Source of the DNA: an uncultured Nitrososphaerota archaeon
GTDB lineage: Archaea > Thermoproteota > Nitrososphaeria > Nitrososphaerales > CADDZS01
Direction: 5' to 3'
Assembly: GCA_963799845.1 (NCBI GenBank)
Contig: CAWCYI010000006.1
Coordinates: forward strand, 384,001 to 448,000
Length of the DNA: 64,000 nucleotides
The notes under the pieces were generated by a model. The model saw only the letters and a program-made list of their open reading frames with translations. It ran no database searches and was not told where the DNA came from. Below are positions 1 through 9,873 of the stretch, in pieces; the stretch's first letter is position 1; each line of letters begins with the position of its first letter. Position numbers and translations under genes: made by a program.

Positions 1-969
1 ACGCCGTTCCGCATGCCCCTCGGCGGAGGAGGGACGGACCTGCCCTGGTATTACAAGAATTACGGCGGTTTCTTCATTTCAGGCGCGATCAACAAGTACA
101 TGCACATCGTGGTAAACCGACGATTTGAACCCGGGATCAGAGTCAGCTACTCCCAAACGGAGGATGTCGAAGATCTGGAAAAGATCAAGCATCCGTCCGC
201 GCGGGAAGCCTTGAAGATGCTAGACATCAAGGATCGGATCGAAGTTGTTTCCCTCGCGGATGCTCCGGCATCAACCGGGCTGGGTTCGTCCGGCAGTTTC
301 ACGGTCGGTCTTCTAAATGCCCTGTATGCGTTCAAGAAGATAACTAAAACTCCGGAACAGATCGCAGAAGAGGCTTGCGACATTGCGATGAACCGTCTTA
401 AGGAGCCGTCGGGCAAACAGGACGAGTACGTCGCCGCCTTGGGCGGGATTAGGGCATACGAAATCTTGACCAATGGGGAGGTGAAAGTCACAGACCTGAA
501 AATATCGGACGAGATCGTCGCCGAGCTGGAGAGCAGCATCATGATGTTTTACACCGGGATAAAGAGGAGTGCGAATGATGTCCTTCGAAAGCAGGCGCAG
601 CAGGTCTCGAAAGAAGACGGAAAGGCTATCGAGAAGATGCACAGCATAAAGCGGATCGGGATTGAAAGCCGCCACGCGATCGAGATGGGCGACCTCGGCC
701 GATTCGGCGAACTTTTGGACGAGCACTGGATTTTGAAGAGAGGAGTTACCGATACAATGTCCAACGACCGGATTGACCACTGGTATTCGATTGCAAAAGA
801 AAATGGTGCCATCGGTGGGAAGATTATAGGTGCGGGTGGTGGAGGATTTTTGATGATCTACTGCGATGAAGGCCAGCGGAAAGTCCGCGCAGCTCTTGCA
901 AGCGAGGGTCTGGTCGAGTACCGATTCCGGTTTGATTTCGAAGGCAGCAAGGTAGTGCACAACGTTTGA
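1..969 (+). CDS. GHMP-family sugar-phosphate kinase (HddA-like), 5'-truncated by window edge
   Basis: Frame open from base 1: TPFRMPLGGGGTD, GLGSSG, GKQD and GAGGGG GHMP motifs. Confidence 0.88.
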   Translation, partial: TPFRMPLGGGGTDLPWYYKNYGGFFISGAINKYMHIVVNRRFEPGIRVSYSQTEDVEDLEKIKHPSAREALKMLDIKDRIEVVSLADAPASTGLGSSGSFTVGLLNALYAFKKITKTPEQIAEEACDIAMNRLKEPSGKQDEYVAALGGIRAYEILTNGEVKVTDLKISDEIVAELESSIMMFYTGIKRSANDVLRKQAQQVSKEDGKAIEKMHSIKRIGIESRHAIEMGDLGRFGELLDEHWILKRGVTDTMSNDRIDHWYSIAKENGAIGGKIIGAGGGGFLMIYCDEGQRKVRAALASEGLVEYRFRFDFEGSKVVHNV

Positions 970-989
970 TTTTAGGTTGAGCGATCTAC

Positions 990-1928
990 GTGAAGGCTCT
1001 AGTCACTGGTGGTCTTGGATTTATCGGCAGTCATCTCGTGGATAGGCTACTTTCTGATGCTTGGGAGGTAGTAGTTCTCGATGATCTCCTTACCGGCCAC
1101 GATATCCAACATCGCGCATCAAAAAGACAATCCGCGATTGGCGATCCTCGAGGGAGACGTTCGTGACATTGCAGAAGTTAAGAAAGCTTCGCTTGGTTGC
1201 GACGCAGTCTTCCACCTCGCGGCGCACGCACTTATGAGAGTGAGCCTAACTGACAGAAGGGCGGACCTTGATCATAATCTCATAGGAACTCTCAACGTTC
1301 TGGAGAGTATGATAGAAAATAGGATATCAGACTTTGTCTTCGCGTCTACCTCCGCACTTTACGGGGAGGCGACTGTTACTCCAACCCCCGAGGATTATTT
1401 TGGAACTCAGACTTCACTTTACGGAGCGGCGAAGCTGGCGGGTGAAGCTTTTGCGGAAGCCTACACACAACTTTCCGATATCAGAATGTGGGCCTTCCGG
1501 TTTGGAACTGTCCTGGGGGAGAGGTGCAGGAGGGGGGCAATTTGGGATTTTGTAGGAAAGCTTCGGCCAATCCCAGAGAGCTTGAGATCTTAGGGGATGG
1601 CAGACAGAAGAAAGACTACCTTTCTGTTTTGGATTGTGTCGAGGGGATAATGACTGGATATCAAAAGGGAAGGCAATCTTCAAACGTATTCAACATCGCG
1701 CTGCAAGAATTGACTTCCGTGGACAATCTAGCTGACATCGTTATCAATGAAATGCATCTTACAGGTGTGAAGAAAAAATACACCGGTGGTTCGAGAGGAT
1801 GGATAGGGGACAACCCGATCGTACACTTAGATGTTTCGAAACTGAAATCATATGGATGGAAGCCAAAGTTTACCGTAGAAGAGGTCATAACGTCGACAAC
1901 TCGCTGGACGATAGCCAATAGATCCTGA
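990..1928 (+). CDS. NAD-dependent epimerase/dehydratase, interrupted by two opposite frameshifts (~1098 and ~1570)
   Basis: GTG 990 gives [15 protein letters not shown]; YGAAK motif in ORF 1081-1593; [11 protein letters not shown] and GWKP in ORF 1488-1928. Confidence 0.85.
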
Positions 1929-1944
1929 ATCAAGTGTCGTTGAT

Positions 1945-2928
1945 ATGGAGCGAGTTGCGGTCACAGGAGGAGCCGGCTTCATCGGAAGCCACATTGCAAG
2001 AAGGCTACTGGATGAAGGCGACTTGATAAGAATAGTCGATGATTACTCCTCCGGTTCAGAGCAGAACCTTTCGGATATGCGAGTAAGAGAAAGGGTGGTT
2101 CGTGGCGATCTGCGGGAGTACTCCTTTGCCCGAGATTCTTTGAAGAATGTCGATACGGTATATCATTTTGCCGCAGAGGTCGGCAGCGTCCAATACCTGC
2201 ACGGCTCAGCAGAAGGCGAACTCCACGCACTTCAGGCGAATCTGTCAATTGACACGAACGTTTTTAGGGCATGCATCGAGAACGGAATCAGAAAAATCAT
2301 CTACGCCTCAAGCGTTTCTGTTTATCCAAAACACCTCCAAATGACGCAGAGTTCTTCCTTCAAAGAAGAAGATTCCGACGCTGTTGTAGAACCAGAGGGG
2401 GGCTACGGCTGGTCAAAATATGTCGCGGAAAAGCAACTCGAAATGATGGTGCATGTGAAGTCAGGAGTCGCCAGGATCTTTCATGCATATGGGAAAAACA
2501 TCTATCTGAAGCCTGACAAGAGCCAAGTTATTGCCTCGCTGATCAGAAAGTCGATTGATTACCCGGAAGAAGGGTTTGTCGTCTGGGGAGATGGCAATCA
2601 GAAAAGATGTTTTGTTTACATTGATGATGTGATAGAGGCTCTCTTCTTGCTCCGTGATTATATAGAAATGAACGACAAACTCACCGTCAATATTGGTAGC
2701 ATCGAGGAGACAAGCATCTCAGATCTTGCGTCAAAAATTATTGGACTCTCTGGAAAGGAAATCCCCCTCAAATTTGACCCTTCGAAACCGACCGGCGTAA
2801 TCCAGAGAAAACCATCTCTTGAAAAAATAAAAAAGTCCCTGGGCTGGTCACCTAAGACAAAGCTCAATGATGGCTTGCGAGTAACTTATGACTGGGTATC
2901 GCAACGGATGAAGACTGGTCTTGCTTGA
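1945..2928 (+). CDS. NAD-dependent nucleotide-sugar epimerase (GDP-mannose 3,5-epimerase-like SDR)
   Basis: TGGAGFIG, YGWSK and VWGDGNQKR motifs. Confidence 0.85.
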   Translation: MERVAVTGGAGFIGSHIARRLLDEGDLIRIVDDYSSGSEQNLSDMRVRERVVRGDLREYSFARDSLKNVDTVYHFAAEVGSVQYLHGSAEGELHALQANLSIDTNVFRACIENGIRKIIYASSVSVYPKHLQMTQSSSFKEEDSDAVVEPEGGYGWSKYVAEKQLEMMVHVKSGVARIFHAYGKNIYLKPDKSQVIASLIRKSIDYPEEGFVVWGDGNQKRCFVYIDDVIEALFLLRDYIEMNDKLTVNIGSIEETSISDLASKIIGLSGKEIPLKFDPSKPTGVIQRKPSLEKIKKSLGWSPKTKLNDGLRVTYDWVSQRMKTGLA

Positions 2929-3023
2929 TTGGACATGTCTGTGATACGCAGCCAGATGCTTTTCGCGCTTCGAAAGACCGAAATAGCCCTAAATGCTTCC
3001 AAGGTTTGGTAAAGGGAAATACT

Positions 3024-3716
3024 TTGGTCGAAATCATCCCTGGCGTTCATCAAATAAAGGGTGTAAATGCAAATAGTTATCTCATCATCGAGAATGATGG
3101 CTCTCTCATTCTGATCGATTCCGGGATGTCCACGGGCGGAAAGAAAATCCTCGAATACGTGAAGACAAATCTGTCAAAACAGCCCTCTGAACTAAAGACA
3201 ATCCTTCTTACGCACGCCCATGTCGACCACATCAGGGGAGCGTCCGCGCTAAAGAAAGCTACTGGAGCGGAAGTGGTGATCCACGATCAGGATGCAGACT
3301 TTTTGTCAAAGAAGAAAAAATTACCTCCCCCGGGAGGTGCGATAGGGATTATTTTCAGGCTTTTTTCTGTGTTCATACAACCTCAGGCGGTTGAACCTGA
3401 TATCAGGCTGAAGGAAAATGACAAGATAGGATCTTCACTTACGGTGGTTCACACGCCCGGACACACTCCAGGAAGCATCACACTTTATGATGAGGGAAGA
3501 AAATTAGTTTTTGTTGGAGATGCGATAACTAACAGGGGAGGAAAGCTCCAGGGATCAATCAAGCAATTTTCCGTTGACCTGCGACAAGCTGACAAGTCGG
3601 TTGAAAAGATCTCTTCTCTAGATTTCGAAAGCCTTCTGAGCGGTCACGGGGAACCAGTAAAATCGGGCGGGGCGCAGAAAGTCCGTGAGCTCAGCGCGAC
3701 TTTGAACAAGAAATGA
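3024..3716 (+). CDS. MBL-fold metallo-hydrolase
   Basis: THAHVDH, HTPGHTPG, GD and GHG motifs; likely TTG start at 3024. Confidence 0.88.
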   Translation: MVEIIPGVHQIKGVNANSYLIIENDGSLILIDSGMSTGGKKILEYVKTNLSKQPSELKTILLTHAHVDHIRGASALKKATGAEVVIHDQDADFLSKKKKLPPPGGAIGIIFRLFSVFIQPQAVEPDIRLKENDKIGSSLTVVHTPGHTPGSITLYDEGRKLVFVGDAITNRGGKLQGSIKQFSVDLRQADKSVEKISSLDFESLLSGHGEPVKSGGAQKVRELSATLNKK

Positions 3717-4020
3717 GGGAATTGCTTTTCATTTGAGATGAGATCAAACACCCTGAGGGTTCTAAGTTTTTTTGATCCTATTTCGTCTTGTTATGAGAAG
3801 AAATAATGAATTCCCAGACTCTCAGCTTGCTCTCTTCCCTGCGGTACAAAACCAAGAATAAATTCCAATCTTCACTCGGTTCCCGACTTATTCCGAGTCG
3901 CAAGTGCTTTCGAAATTAAGTGTGCTGTTGCTATGCAATGCTTTGCAATGGTCAACTATCATGCATGATCCTTGTTCTGTACTGGAGGTTTAAGACGGAT
4001 TATTTTTCGGGTCAGATAAC

Positions 4021-4383
4021 ATGTTAAAAATAAAGTACGGCAATTATCTTGCCCTGATCCTAGTAGCGTTCTTCTTCGTCGGAGGTACCGGTTTTGCACC
4101 TGTTTCAGCAGGCGCAAGTTGCAATCTGACCAAGATACAGATAGCAGCTGGGACCATGACCGCAACGAGCGAGAAAGTATCGATAACCGCCACGCCCTCA
4201 TGCTGGTCCGGAAAGGTGGAAGTCAACCGAGGTAATGTGGACTTTCGTCTCATCACGGTCACTGTAGCCAATGGCCAAGGAATCGGAAGCATCGTTAGAA
4301 TAAGTGTGGCCCAGAACGTGCATCCATATGCACTGAACCCAGGGATGAGGGGAAACAACGTTATAGTGCCGGCTCTCGCTTAG
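4021..4383 (+). CDS. Small secreted or membrane-anchored beta-rich hypothetical protein
   Basis: Basic plus hydrophobic N-terminal signal, two Cys, alternating beta-strand pattern. Confidence 0.55.
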   Translation: MLKIKYGNYLALILVAFFFVGGTGFAPVSAGASCNLTKIQIAAGTMTATSEKVSITATPSCWSGKVEVNRGNVDFRLITVTVANGQGIGSIVRISVAQNVHPYALNPGMRGNNVIVPALA

Positions 4384-4394
4384 AACTAGAGCAA

Positions 4395-4475
4395 AGCAGG
4401 CGGGCTGTGACGGCCGTCGGGGATAGTAAATGCCCCTGCTATGACTGGCCAGAGCCGGCTTACCCCGAATCCGGC
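4395..4475. ncRNA. Putative GC-rich structured element
   Basis: Stems AGCAG/CTGCT, GGGC/GCCC and GCCGG/CCGGC; possible TCGGGG/CCCCGA pairing; AT-richer surroundings. Confidence 0.25.
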
Positions 4476-4551
4476 GCACGGGATTGATCCTGAATAAGTT
4501 CCCACACCAGATCTCACTTGTTCCTTTTAGTATTCGAGATTTAATTTGGTG

Positions 4552-4580
4552 ATATCGGTTCCAGTATCGAAAACCGATAT
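4552..4580. promoter_or_regulatory. 9-bp inverted repeat beside a TATA-like box upstream of the phosphoesterase
   Basis: ATATCGGTT-N11-AACCGATAT followed by TTTATAT at 4587-4593. Confidence 0.3.
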
Positions 4581-4697
4581 TCCCAGTTTATATCATACTC
4601 TCCAAAAGATTGCCATCTCTTGCGCACTCGGTTCGTGGACCTCAAAGAGCATTGAAAATGAAGAACGCCAGAGATACCATTTGACAGGCAAGAGAAA

Positions 4698-6500
4698 GTG
4701 AAGAAAGAAACAATCATAATTCTAGGTATCATTACGTTGTTGCTGATGTTTGCTGCAACAGCGGTACCAGCGATCAGAACTTCAGCTGCGACTACAAGCT
4801 CCCCGATACAGCACGTCGTGATAATCATGCAGGAGAATCGAGCTTTCGATAACTACTTCTGGACTTATCCCAACGTAGCTGGAAACTACCAGACTGACGC
4901 CAGCGAGTGTATGCCCACAAGTCTTGCGACATTGATCGTTGATCCAACTGCAATTCCAAATCCAGTATTAGTTAAATCGAGCGTTTCGTTTACTGCAAAT
5001 GATGTAGGTGGAAAGGGGCCTTACAAGGCAAGCTGGACATTTGGTGACGGAAGTACCTCCGCTGCTACGAATCCTAACCACACTTACCCCAAGACTGGAA
5101 CCTATACAGTGAAGCTGACGGTTACAGATTCCTCCAGTCCTAAGCAGGAAGCAACTGGTTCAATAGTGGTATCGGTTGTCTCAACATTGGTGTCAAACGC
5201 TTCTCCGTCTCAATCGCTTTCATCACAATCTTGCGTAGCACCGATTTACACTACGAATGCTGTTTCATCTTCAAATCTTCCTCACACTTGGGCATCTTCA
5301 TACACTTCATATGACAACGGTAAGATGGACGGTTTTCTACAAGCCTCAAATGATAACAGTGAATCTATGGATTACTACAATGCTTCTACAATCCCTTACA
5401 TTTGGAATTTCTCTGAGGATTACACGCTTCAAGATATGATGTTCTCCTCAGCGAGATCTTATTCTCAACCTAATCACTGGTTTATGATAGCAGGTCAGGC
5501 TCCTCCCATCTCACTTCTGGAGAGCGGCCCTCAAGACAAGTCGCAGTGTCTTGCTTCAAACAAGACAATAACCTGGAGTACGTGTATCTATCTAGATGAA
5601 GCAAACGGTATTGTGGCAAACGGAGACAATCAAATTATTGGAAACGTAGGTGCGATTCAGACAATGCCAGATCTTCTTGCTGCTAATGGATTGACCTGGA
5701 AGTACTATGATATTCCGCTAAAGACATCTACTTCGTTTACTCAAGCCATTAAGGGAGGCACAAGTGTTTACGCCTACTGGAATCCTCTTCTCGCTCTCAA
5801 CTCTAGTTATCAATCTTCTATGACCTCAAGTATAGCTCCTCGATCCCAATTTTTTTCTGATCTTTCTAGTGGCAACCTCCCCGATGTATCATGGGTTATT
5901 CCGTCTGCTCCCATTTCTGATCATCCCCCCGATAACATAACTCTAGGAGAATGGTGGATAGACGATGTAGTGAGTTCGGTAATGCAAAGTAAATATTGGA
6001 GCAGTACTGCTATCTTTGTACAATGGGATGATTATGGGGGTTTCTTCGATACAATTGTTCCTCCCGTTAATTCGTATGCGCAGACTCTCGACGGAATGCC
6101 CATAGGTGACAGCTTTAGAGTTCCATCAATAGTCATTTCGCCATATGCAAGAGCAGGTTATGTTGACAGTGCCAGTTATGACTTCGAATCAACGCTGGCT
6201 TTTATTGAATGGAACTGGCACCTTCCGGCTCTGACTCTTACAGACGAACATGCCTTGCCGATGTTAAATTCATTCAACTTTGCCCAGGCTCCTCTTCCAC
6301 CCAAATTCATTCCATTGACGGCTAAACAACTGGCAACAATTACACCGTACATAGATATTGGAACGAATTCAAATCCGCCTCCTCTTGGTGTAATGATCGG
6401 ATCAAGCGGTTTGACTCGTGAAACTTCACAGCAGGCTAATCATGCGCAGCAAGCATCAATCAACGCGTCGAACTCTTTCATAGGCGGAGACGATGACTGA
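4698..6500 (+). CDS. Secreted phosphoesterase (phospholipase C/AcpA family) with an inserted PKD domain
   Basis: Signal peptide; HVVIIMQENRAFDNYF, SDHPP, WDDYGGFFD and RVP motifs; PKD WTFGDG...HTYPKTGTYTVKLTVTD. Confidence 0.85.
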   Translation: MKKETIIILGIITLLLMFAATAVPAIRTSAATTSSPIQHVVIIMQENRAFDNYFWTYPNVAGNYQTDASECMPTSLATLIVDPTAIPNPVLVKSSVSFTANDVGGKGPYKASWTFGDGSTSAATNPNHTYPKTGTYTVKLTVTDSSSPKQEATGSIVVSVVSTLVSNASPSQSLSSQSCVAPIYTTNAVSSSNLPHTWASSYTSYDNGKMDGFLQASNDNSESMDYYNASTIPYIWNFSEDYTLQDMMFSSARSYSQPNHWFMIAGQAPPISLLESGPQDKSQCLASNKTITWSTCIYLDEANGIVANGDNQIIGNVGAIQTMPDLLAANGLTWKYYDIPLKTSTSFTQAIKGGTSVYAYWNPLLALNSSYQSSMTSSIAPRSQFFSDLSSGNLPDVSWVIPSAPISDHPPDNITLGEWWIDDVVSSVMQSKYWSSTAIFVQWDDYGGFFDTIVPPVNSYAQTLDGMPIGDSFRVPSIVISPYARAGYVDSASYDFESTLAFIEWNWHLPALTLTDEHALPMLNSFNFAQAPLPPKFIPLTAKQLATITPYIDIGTNSNPPPLGVMIGSSGLTRETSQQANHAQQASINASNSFIGGDDD

Positions 6501-6629
6501 ATTTGTGCTCTCCTAAATAATGATAGAACATGCATGAATGAAAATGTAGTGATTGTTCGGTCGATCCTGACCATAGTATCAGGAGAACAATCAAATCCTG
6601 AACAATCCATTTAAGAAGCCAAAAGGAAG

Positions 6630-6770
6630 CGGGCCCGGTGGGATTTGAACCCACGACCTACAGCTATCTCTGCATAGCGGATAGGAGGATCGACGCTTGC
6701 CGTTACACTGCCGCGCTATCCATGCTTCGCCCGATCGGTCGCATTCCGAATCAGACTGCGCTACGAGCCC
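6630..6770 (-). tRNA. tRNA-Arg(CCU) with three introns (6755-6725 at ~15/16, 6707-6689 at 30/31, 6681-6666 at 37/38)
   Basis: Removing 31+19+16 nt gives a 75-nt cloverleaf GGGCTCG TA GCGC AGCATGGATA GCGC G GCAGC CTCCTAA GCTGT AGGTC GTGGG TTCAAAT CCCAC CGGGCCC G. Confidence 0.88.
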
Positions 6771-6907
6771 ATGTCAAAATTCGCTATCTCGAATCGCGAT
6801 TTATGGTCATCGCTTGAAGCTTTTCATTATCTTTTCAGAAATGTACCAATCAACTTAAAGTCGTAAATTGGAACGTTATCGGAATAATTCCCGTGTAGAT
6901 TGCTTCT

Positions 6908-7540
6908 TTGTCAATAACTTCCCAGATTTTTAATTTCGTGATAAGTCTTGTCGAAAAATCTGGTTACACGGGTGTTTTCGTTCTCATGGTAATGGGGACC
7001 GCTACGCTACCCATTCCAAGCGAGGTAGTACTTCCCGTCGCTGGATACCTTGTCTTTCTTGGCCAACTGAACTACTGGGTCGTTCTGATTGTTTCGTCGA
7101 TAGGGAGTCTGATCGGCACGATGATTGATTACTGGGTCGGTTACTATCTTGGTCGAGCCGCAATCTTGAGGTATGGCAGGTTCGTCCGACTGAATGAGAA
7201 TCATCTGAAGACCACGGAAAAATGGTTTGCGAAGTATGGAGAAGCAACAGTTTTCCTGACGAGATTTGTCCCGCTTATCAGAACTCTAGTGGCTTTTCCG
7301 GCTGGTATCGCAGAAATGAAACTCTGGAAATTTGTCTCTTTTTCGATCGTAGGACTCTTCGTATATAACGCAATTTTGATTTATCTTGGTGAATTGTTCG
7401 GAGCGAACTATTCTAGCATCGTCTCTTCCCTTTCTAATGCCTTCTTCGTCATAGAAGTATTGGCGGTTGTCATCGTAGTGATAGTTCTGTTCTTGTGGCT
7501 CAGGCGGAAGGCGCCTCAGAAAGAAAAGGCGCAGCCCTAA
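6908..7540 (+). CDS. DedA family membrane protein
   Basis: LPIPSEVV, YWVGYYLGR and FLTRFVPLIRT motifs. Confidence 0.92.
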   Translation: MSITSQIFNFVISLVEKSGYTGVFVLMVMGTATLPIPSEVVLPVAGYLVFLGQLNYWVVLIVSSIGSLIGTMIDYWVGYYLGRAAILRYGRFVRLNENHLKTTEKWFAKYGEATVFLTRFVPLIRTLVAFPAGIAEMKLWKFVSFSIVGLFVYNAILIYLGELFGANYSSIVSSLSNAFFVIEVLAVVIVVIVLFLWLRRKAPQKEKAQP

Positions 7541-7594
7541 GTGGAGTTTCCGAACTTTTCTCGATCTGCCTCACAATGTAAAAAACGTAAATTG

Positions 7595-7909
7595 TCACTG
7601 CGAGGACAGTAGTGCTGAGCTTGGTCGCGAATACCAGGTTCCACGGCGTTTTTTGATTCGGAAACTGATTGAGCAGAACGTCAGGATTAACACTTGCGAG
7701 CGGGAAATCCCACATGCTTTTGGTCGTGGGAGGATGTCACTAATCAGGAATGCAATCGTTTCCGCGATTTCAGCAATCGTGCAGCCGAGCGCGGTCGCGG
7801 CGAGCGCCGACGTCTTCGTGCTTTCCGGCGCAAGGACGACAATTTTTGCATCGATCCTCCGATCTCGGACGAATTCCCGCACGGCTTCAATACCGGCGTG
7901 AGAATCCAA
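7595..7909 (-). pseudogene. Truncated YbaK/ProX-like aminoacyl-tRNA deacylase remnant
   Basis: STKTSALAATALGCTIAEIAETIAF resembles the YbaK N-half; expected Lys reads Glu; GGxxP half absent. Confidence 0.55.
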
Positions 7910-8042
7910 GTAAAGTCTCTCGATGATAGTTGATTTTTGCTTTGATAAGACTTCAATTTCGGATTGATGTTTGAGAGACGCTGAGAAACTTTACACAATA
8001 TTCTTTAGCTCGGCCATCTCTCTAAATCAGCAGAACTTTTTC

Positions 8043-8489
8043 ATGACAATGGAAATAGACGATGATCAGAACACTAGGTTTGTCAGGAGACTGGCGCTAA
8101 AAGTCAAGGAAGGCCAGGCTCAGGATTTCCTTTCAGCCGTCAGAAACGAGCTGTTGCCTCGGACGAAGAACTTCCATGGATTGAGACGATTGTACGTCCT
8201 GAAATCCGATGTCTCCCCCTCCGAATACGTTATGCTTTCTTTCTGGAATGACAAGGAGGATGCTGACACGTACCGGAGTTCAGACACGTTCATCGCGAAT
8301 TCAAACACGATCAGGGAATTCTTGGAATCGGATCCTATGCTCTCGCAATTTCACATCGAGGCTCATCACGTCAACTCCGATGAACTCGCTCCGCCAAAGG
8401 CAGCGTTGAAACGAATCAGGGTCAAAAAATCAAGTCCAAGGAAGCCTGCTTCTCACAAGTCTTCCCGAAAAAAAAGTAGGAGACGGTAG
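8043..8489 (+). CDS. ABM (antibiotic biosynthesis monooxygenase)-like dimeric barrel protein with a basic tail
   Basis: LKVKEGQ..F, G..RLY and YVMLSFWNDKEDADTY pattern; K/R-rich C-terminus. Confidence 0.7.
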   Translation: MTMEIDDDQNTRFVRRLALKVKEGQAQDFLSAVRNELLPRTKNFHGLRRLYVLKSDVSPSEYVMLSFWNDKEDADTYRSSDTFIANSNTIREFLESDPMLSQFHIEAHHVNSDELAPPKAALKRIRVKKSSPRKPASHKSSRKKSRRR

Positions 8490-8697
8490 CTCCCTCCAGA
8501 CTTCGGAATCTAGTAGAGATTTGGGAGCGTTTTCGGAAAACGGTAAATTAAGCCGGCTTGGAGATCATGCACGGATTGAAATTAAGGGTCGCCATGCGTT
8601 TTCATAGTACGCGCTATAATAGAAAAGGAAGGAATTGAGAATAACCATGAAAAAAAGAGAATCAATGAGATATCGTTTCTCCTCAAGCGGCGTAATC

Positions 8698-9873
8698 ATG
8701 TCCACGAAGGCACTCGTCGCCGTAGTTGCGGTTGTTGCGCTTTTGCTAGCACTGACTCTGGTGGGCTTCTCCAGTTCCTCCAGTTCATCGCCAACGACCA
8801 CGGTCACAACCACCCAGACCATTTCTGACGCCTTTACAAAAACTATCAGCGTTGGTGGTGGAAACCAAACAAACCTCGGAATTAATCCTGAACAGATCTA
8901 CTCAAACACAAATGAGAGCCTGGTTACCCTGCAGGGCACTCAGGTAACAAACGACGGATTCGGTGCAGTTCCCGAAGTCGTGTTGGGATCAGGTTTCGTC
9001 ATAAATGCTTCAAACTCTTACTATATCGTGACAAACTACCATGTCGCCGGCGCGACCTCCAACCTTACAGTGACTTTTACTGACGGTGATTCATACTCCG
9101 CAAAGGTCATCGGATCAGATCCTTACAGTGACCTCGCTGTTGTTTCAGCATCGGGCGTCCCCGCTTCGGAGTACCATCCGCTCACTTTGGTTTCCTCATC
9201 GTCTCTTGAGGTTGGTCAGTACGTGCTTGCGATTGGAAACCCCTTCGGGCTTTCCGGTTCGATGACCTTTGGAATCATCAGCCAACTAGGAAGGACAATC
9301 CAGGACCCAACGGCGGGTAATTTCAGTATCGCAGGAGCGATTCAATTCAGCGCGCCGATAAATCCGGGCAACTCCGGTGGCGTGCTTTTGGATAGCAACG
9401 GATTCGTCGTAGGAATTACTACCGCTGTCGTGAGTGGTTCGCAGGGCGTCGGCTTTGCAATTCCATCTGACACAATAATTCGAGAGCTGCCGTACCTGAT
9501 ATCGTCAGGGTCTTACAATCTGCATTCGTATCTCGGGATTGGCGGTGTCGACATGAGTTACCAGTTTGCGAACGCGTCGGGCACGACTTTTACCTATGGG
9601 GTACTGATTGAATCAGTTATCCCCGGGGGACCCGCTGCAAGCGCGGGCCTCAGAGCTGGGACGACGACAGTTACTGTCGACGGCACTCCTTACTCCGTCG
9701 GGGGAGACATCATCGTCTCAATTAACGGAACCAAAATCATCAACAACGATGCCCTCGCTTCATATCTGGTGGAGTACACGATTCCGGGTCAGACTATAGT
9801 CGTGGGTATCATAAGAAATGGAGTCTCGACGAGCGTGAACGTTGTGCTCGGGACTCGCCCACCGCTGAGCTAG
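8698..9873 (+). CDS. htrA: HtrA/DegP-like membrane-anchored serine protease with PDZ domain
   Basis: TNYHV, DLAV and INPGNSGG catalytic triad; C-terminal PDZ; N-terminal TM segment. Confidence 0.92.
   Translation: MSTKALVAVVAVVALLLALTLVGFSSSSSSSPTTTVTTTQTISDAFTKTISVGGGNQTNLGINPEQIYSNTNESLVTLQGTQVTNDGFGAVPEVVLGSGFVINASNSYYIVTNYHVAGATSNLTVTFTDGDSYSAKVIGSDPYSDLAVVSASGVPASEYHPLTLVSSSSLEVGQYVLAIGNPFGLSGSMTFGIISQLGRTIQDPTAGNFSIAGAIQFSAPINPGNSGGVLLDSNGFVVGITTAVVSGSQGVGFAIPSDTIIRELPYLISSGSYNLHSYLGIGGVDMSYQFANASGTTFTYGVLIESVIPGGPAASAGLRAGTTTVTVDGTPYSVGGDIIVSINGTKIINNDALASYLVEYTIPGQTIVVGIIRNGVSTSVNVVLGTRPPLS

Noticed and set aside
3717-3815. Nested inverted repeats (GGGAATT/AATTCCC, GATCAAA/TTTGATC) as a MITE
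   Set aside because: Short arms in AT-rich sequence, no second copy or target duplication; the T-run fits an ordinary terminator
4447-4463. RNase P RNA 3' signature (..AGAGCCGGCTTAC)
   Set aside because: No upstream GAGGAAAGTCC-like P4 strand, and the available space is too short
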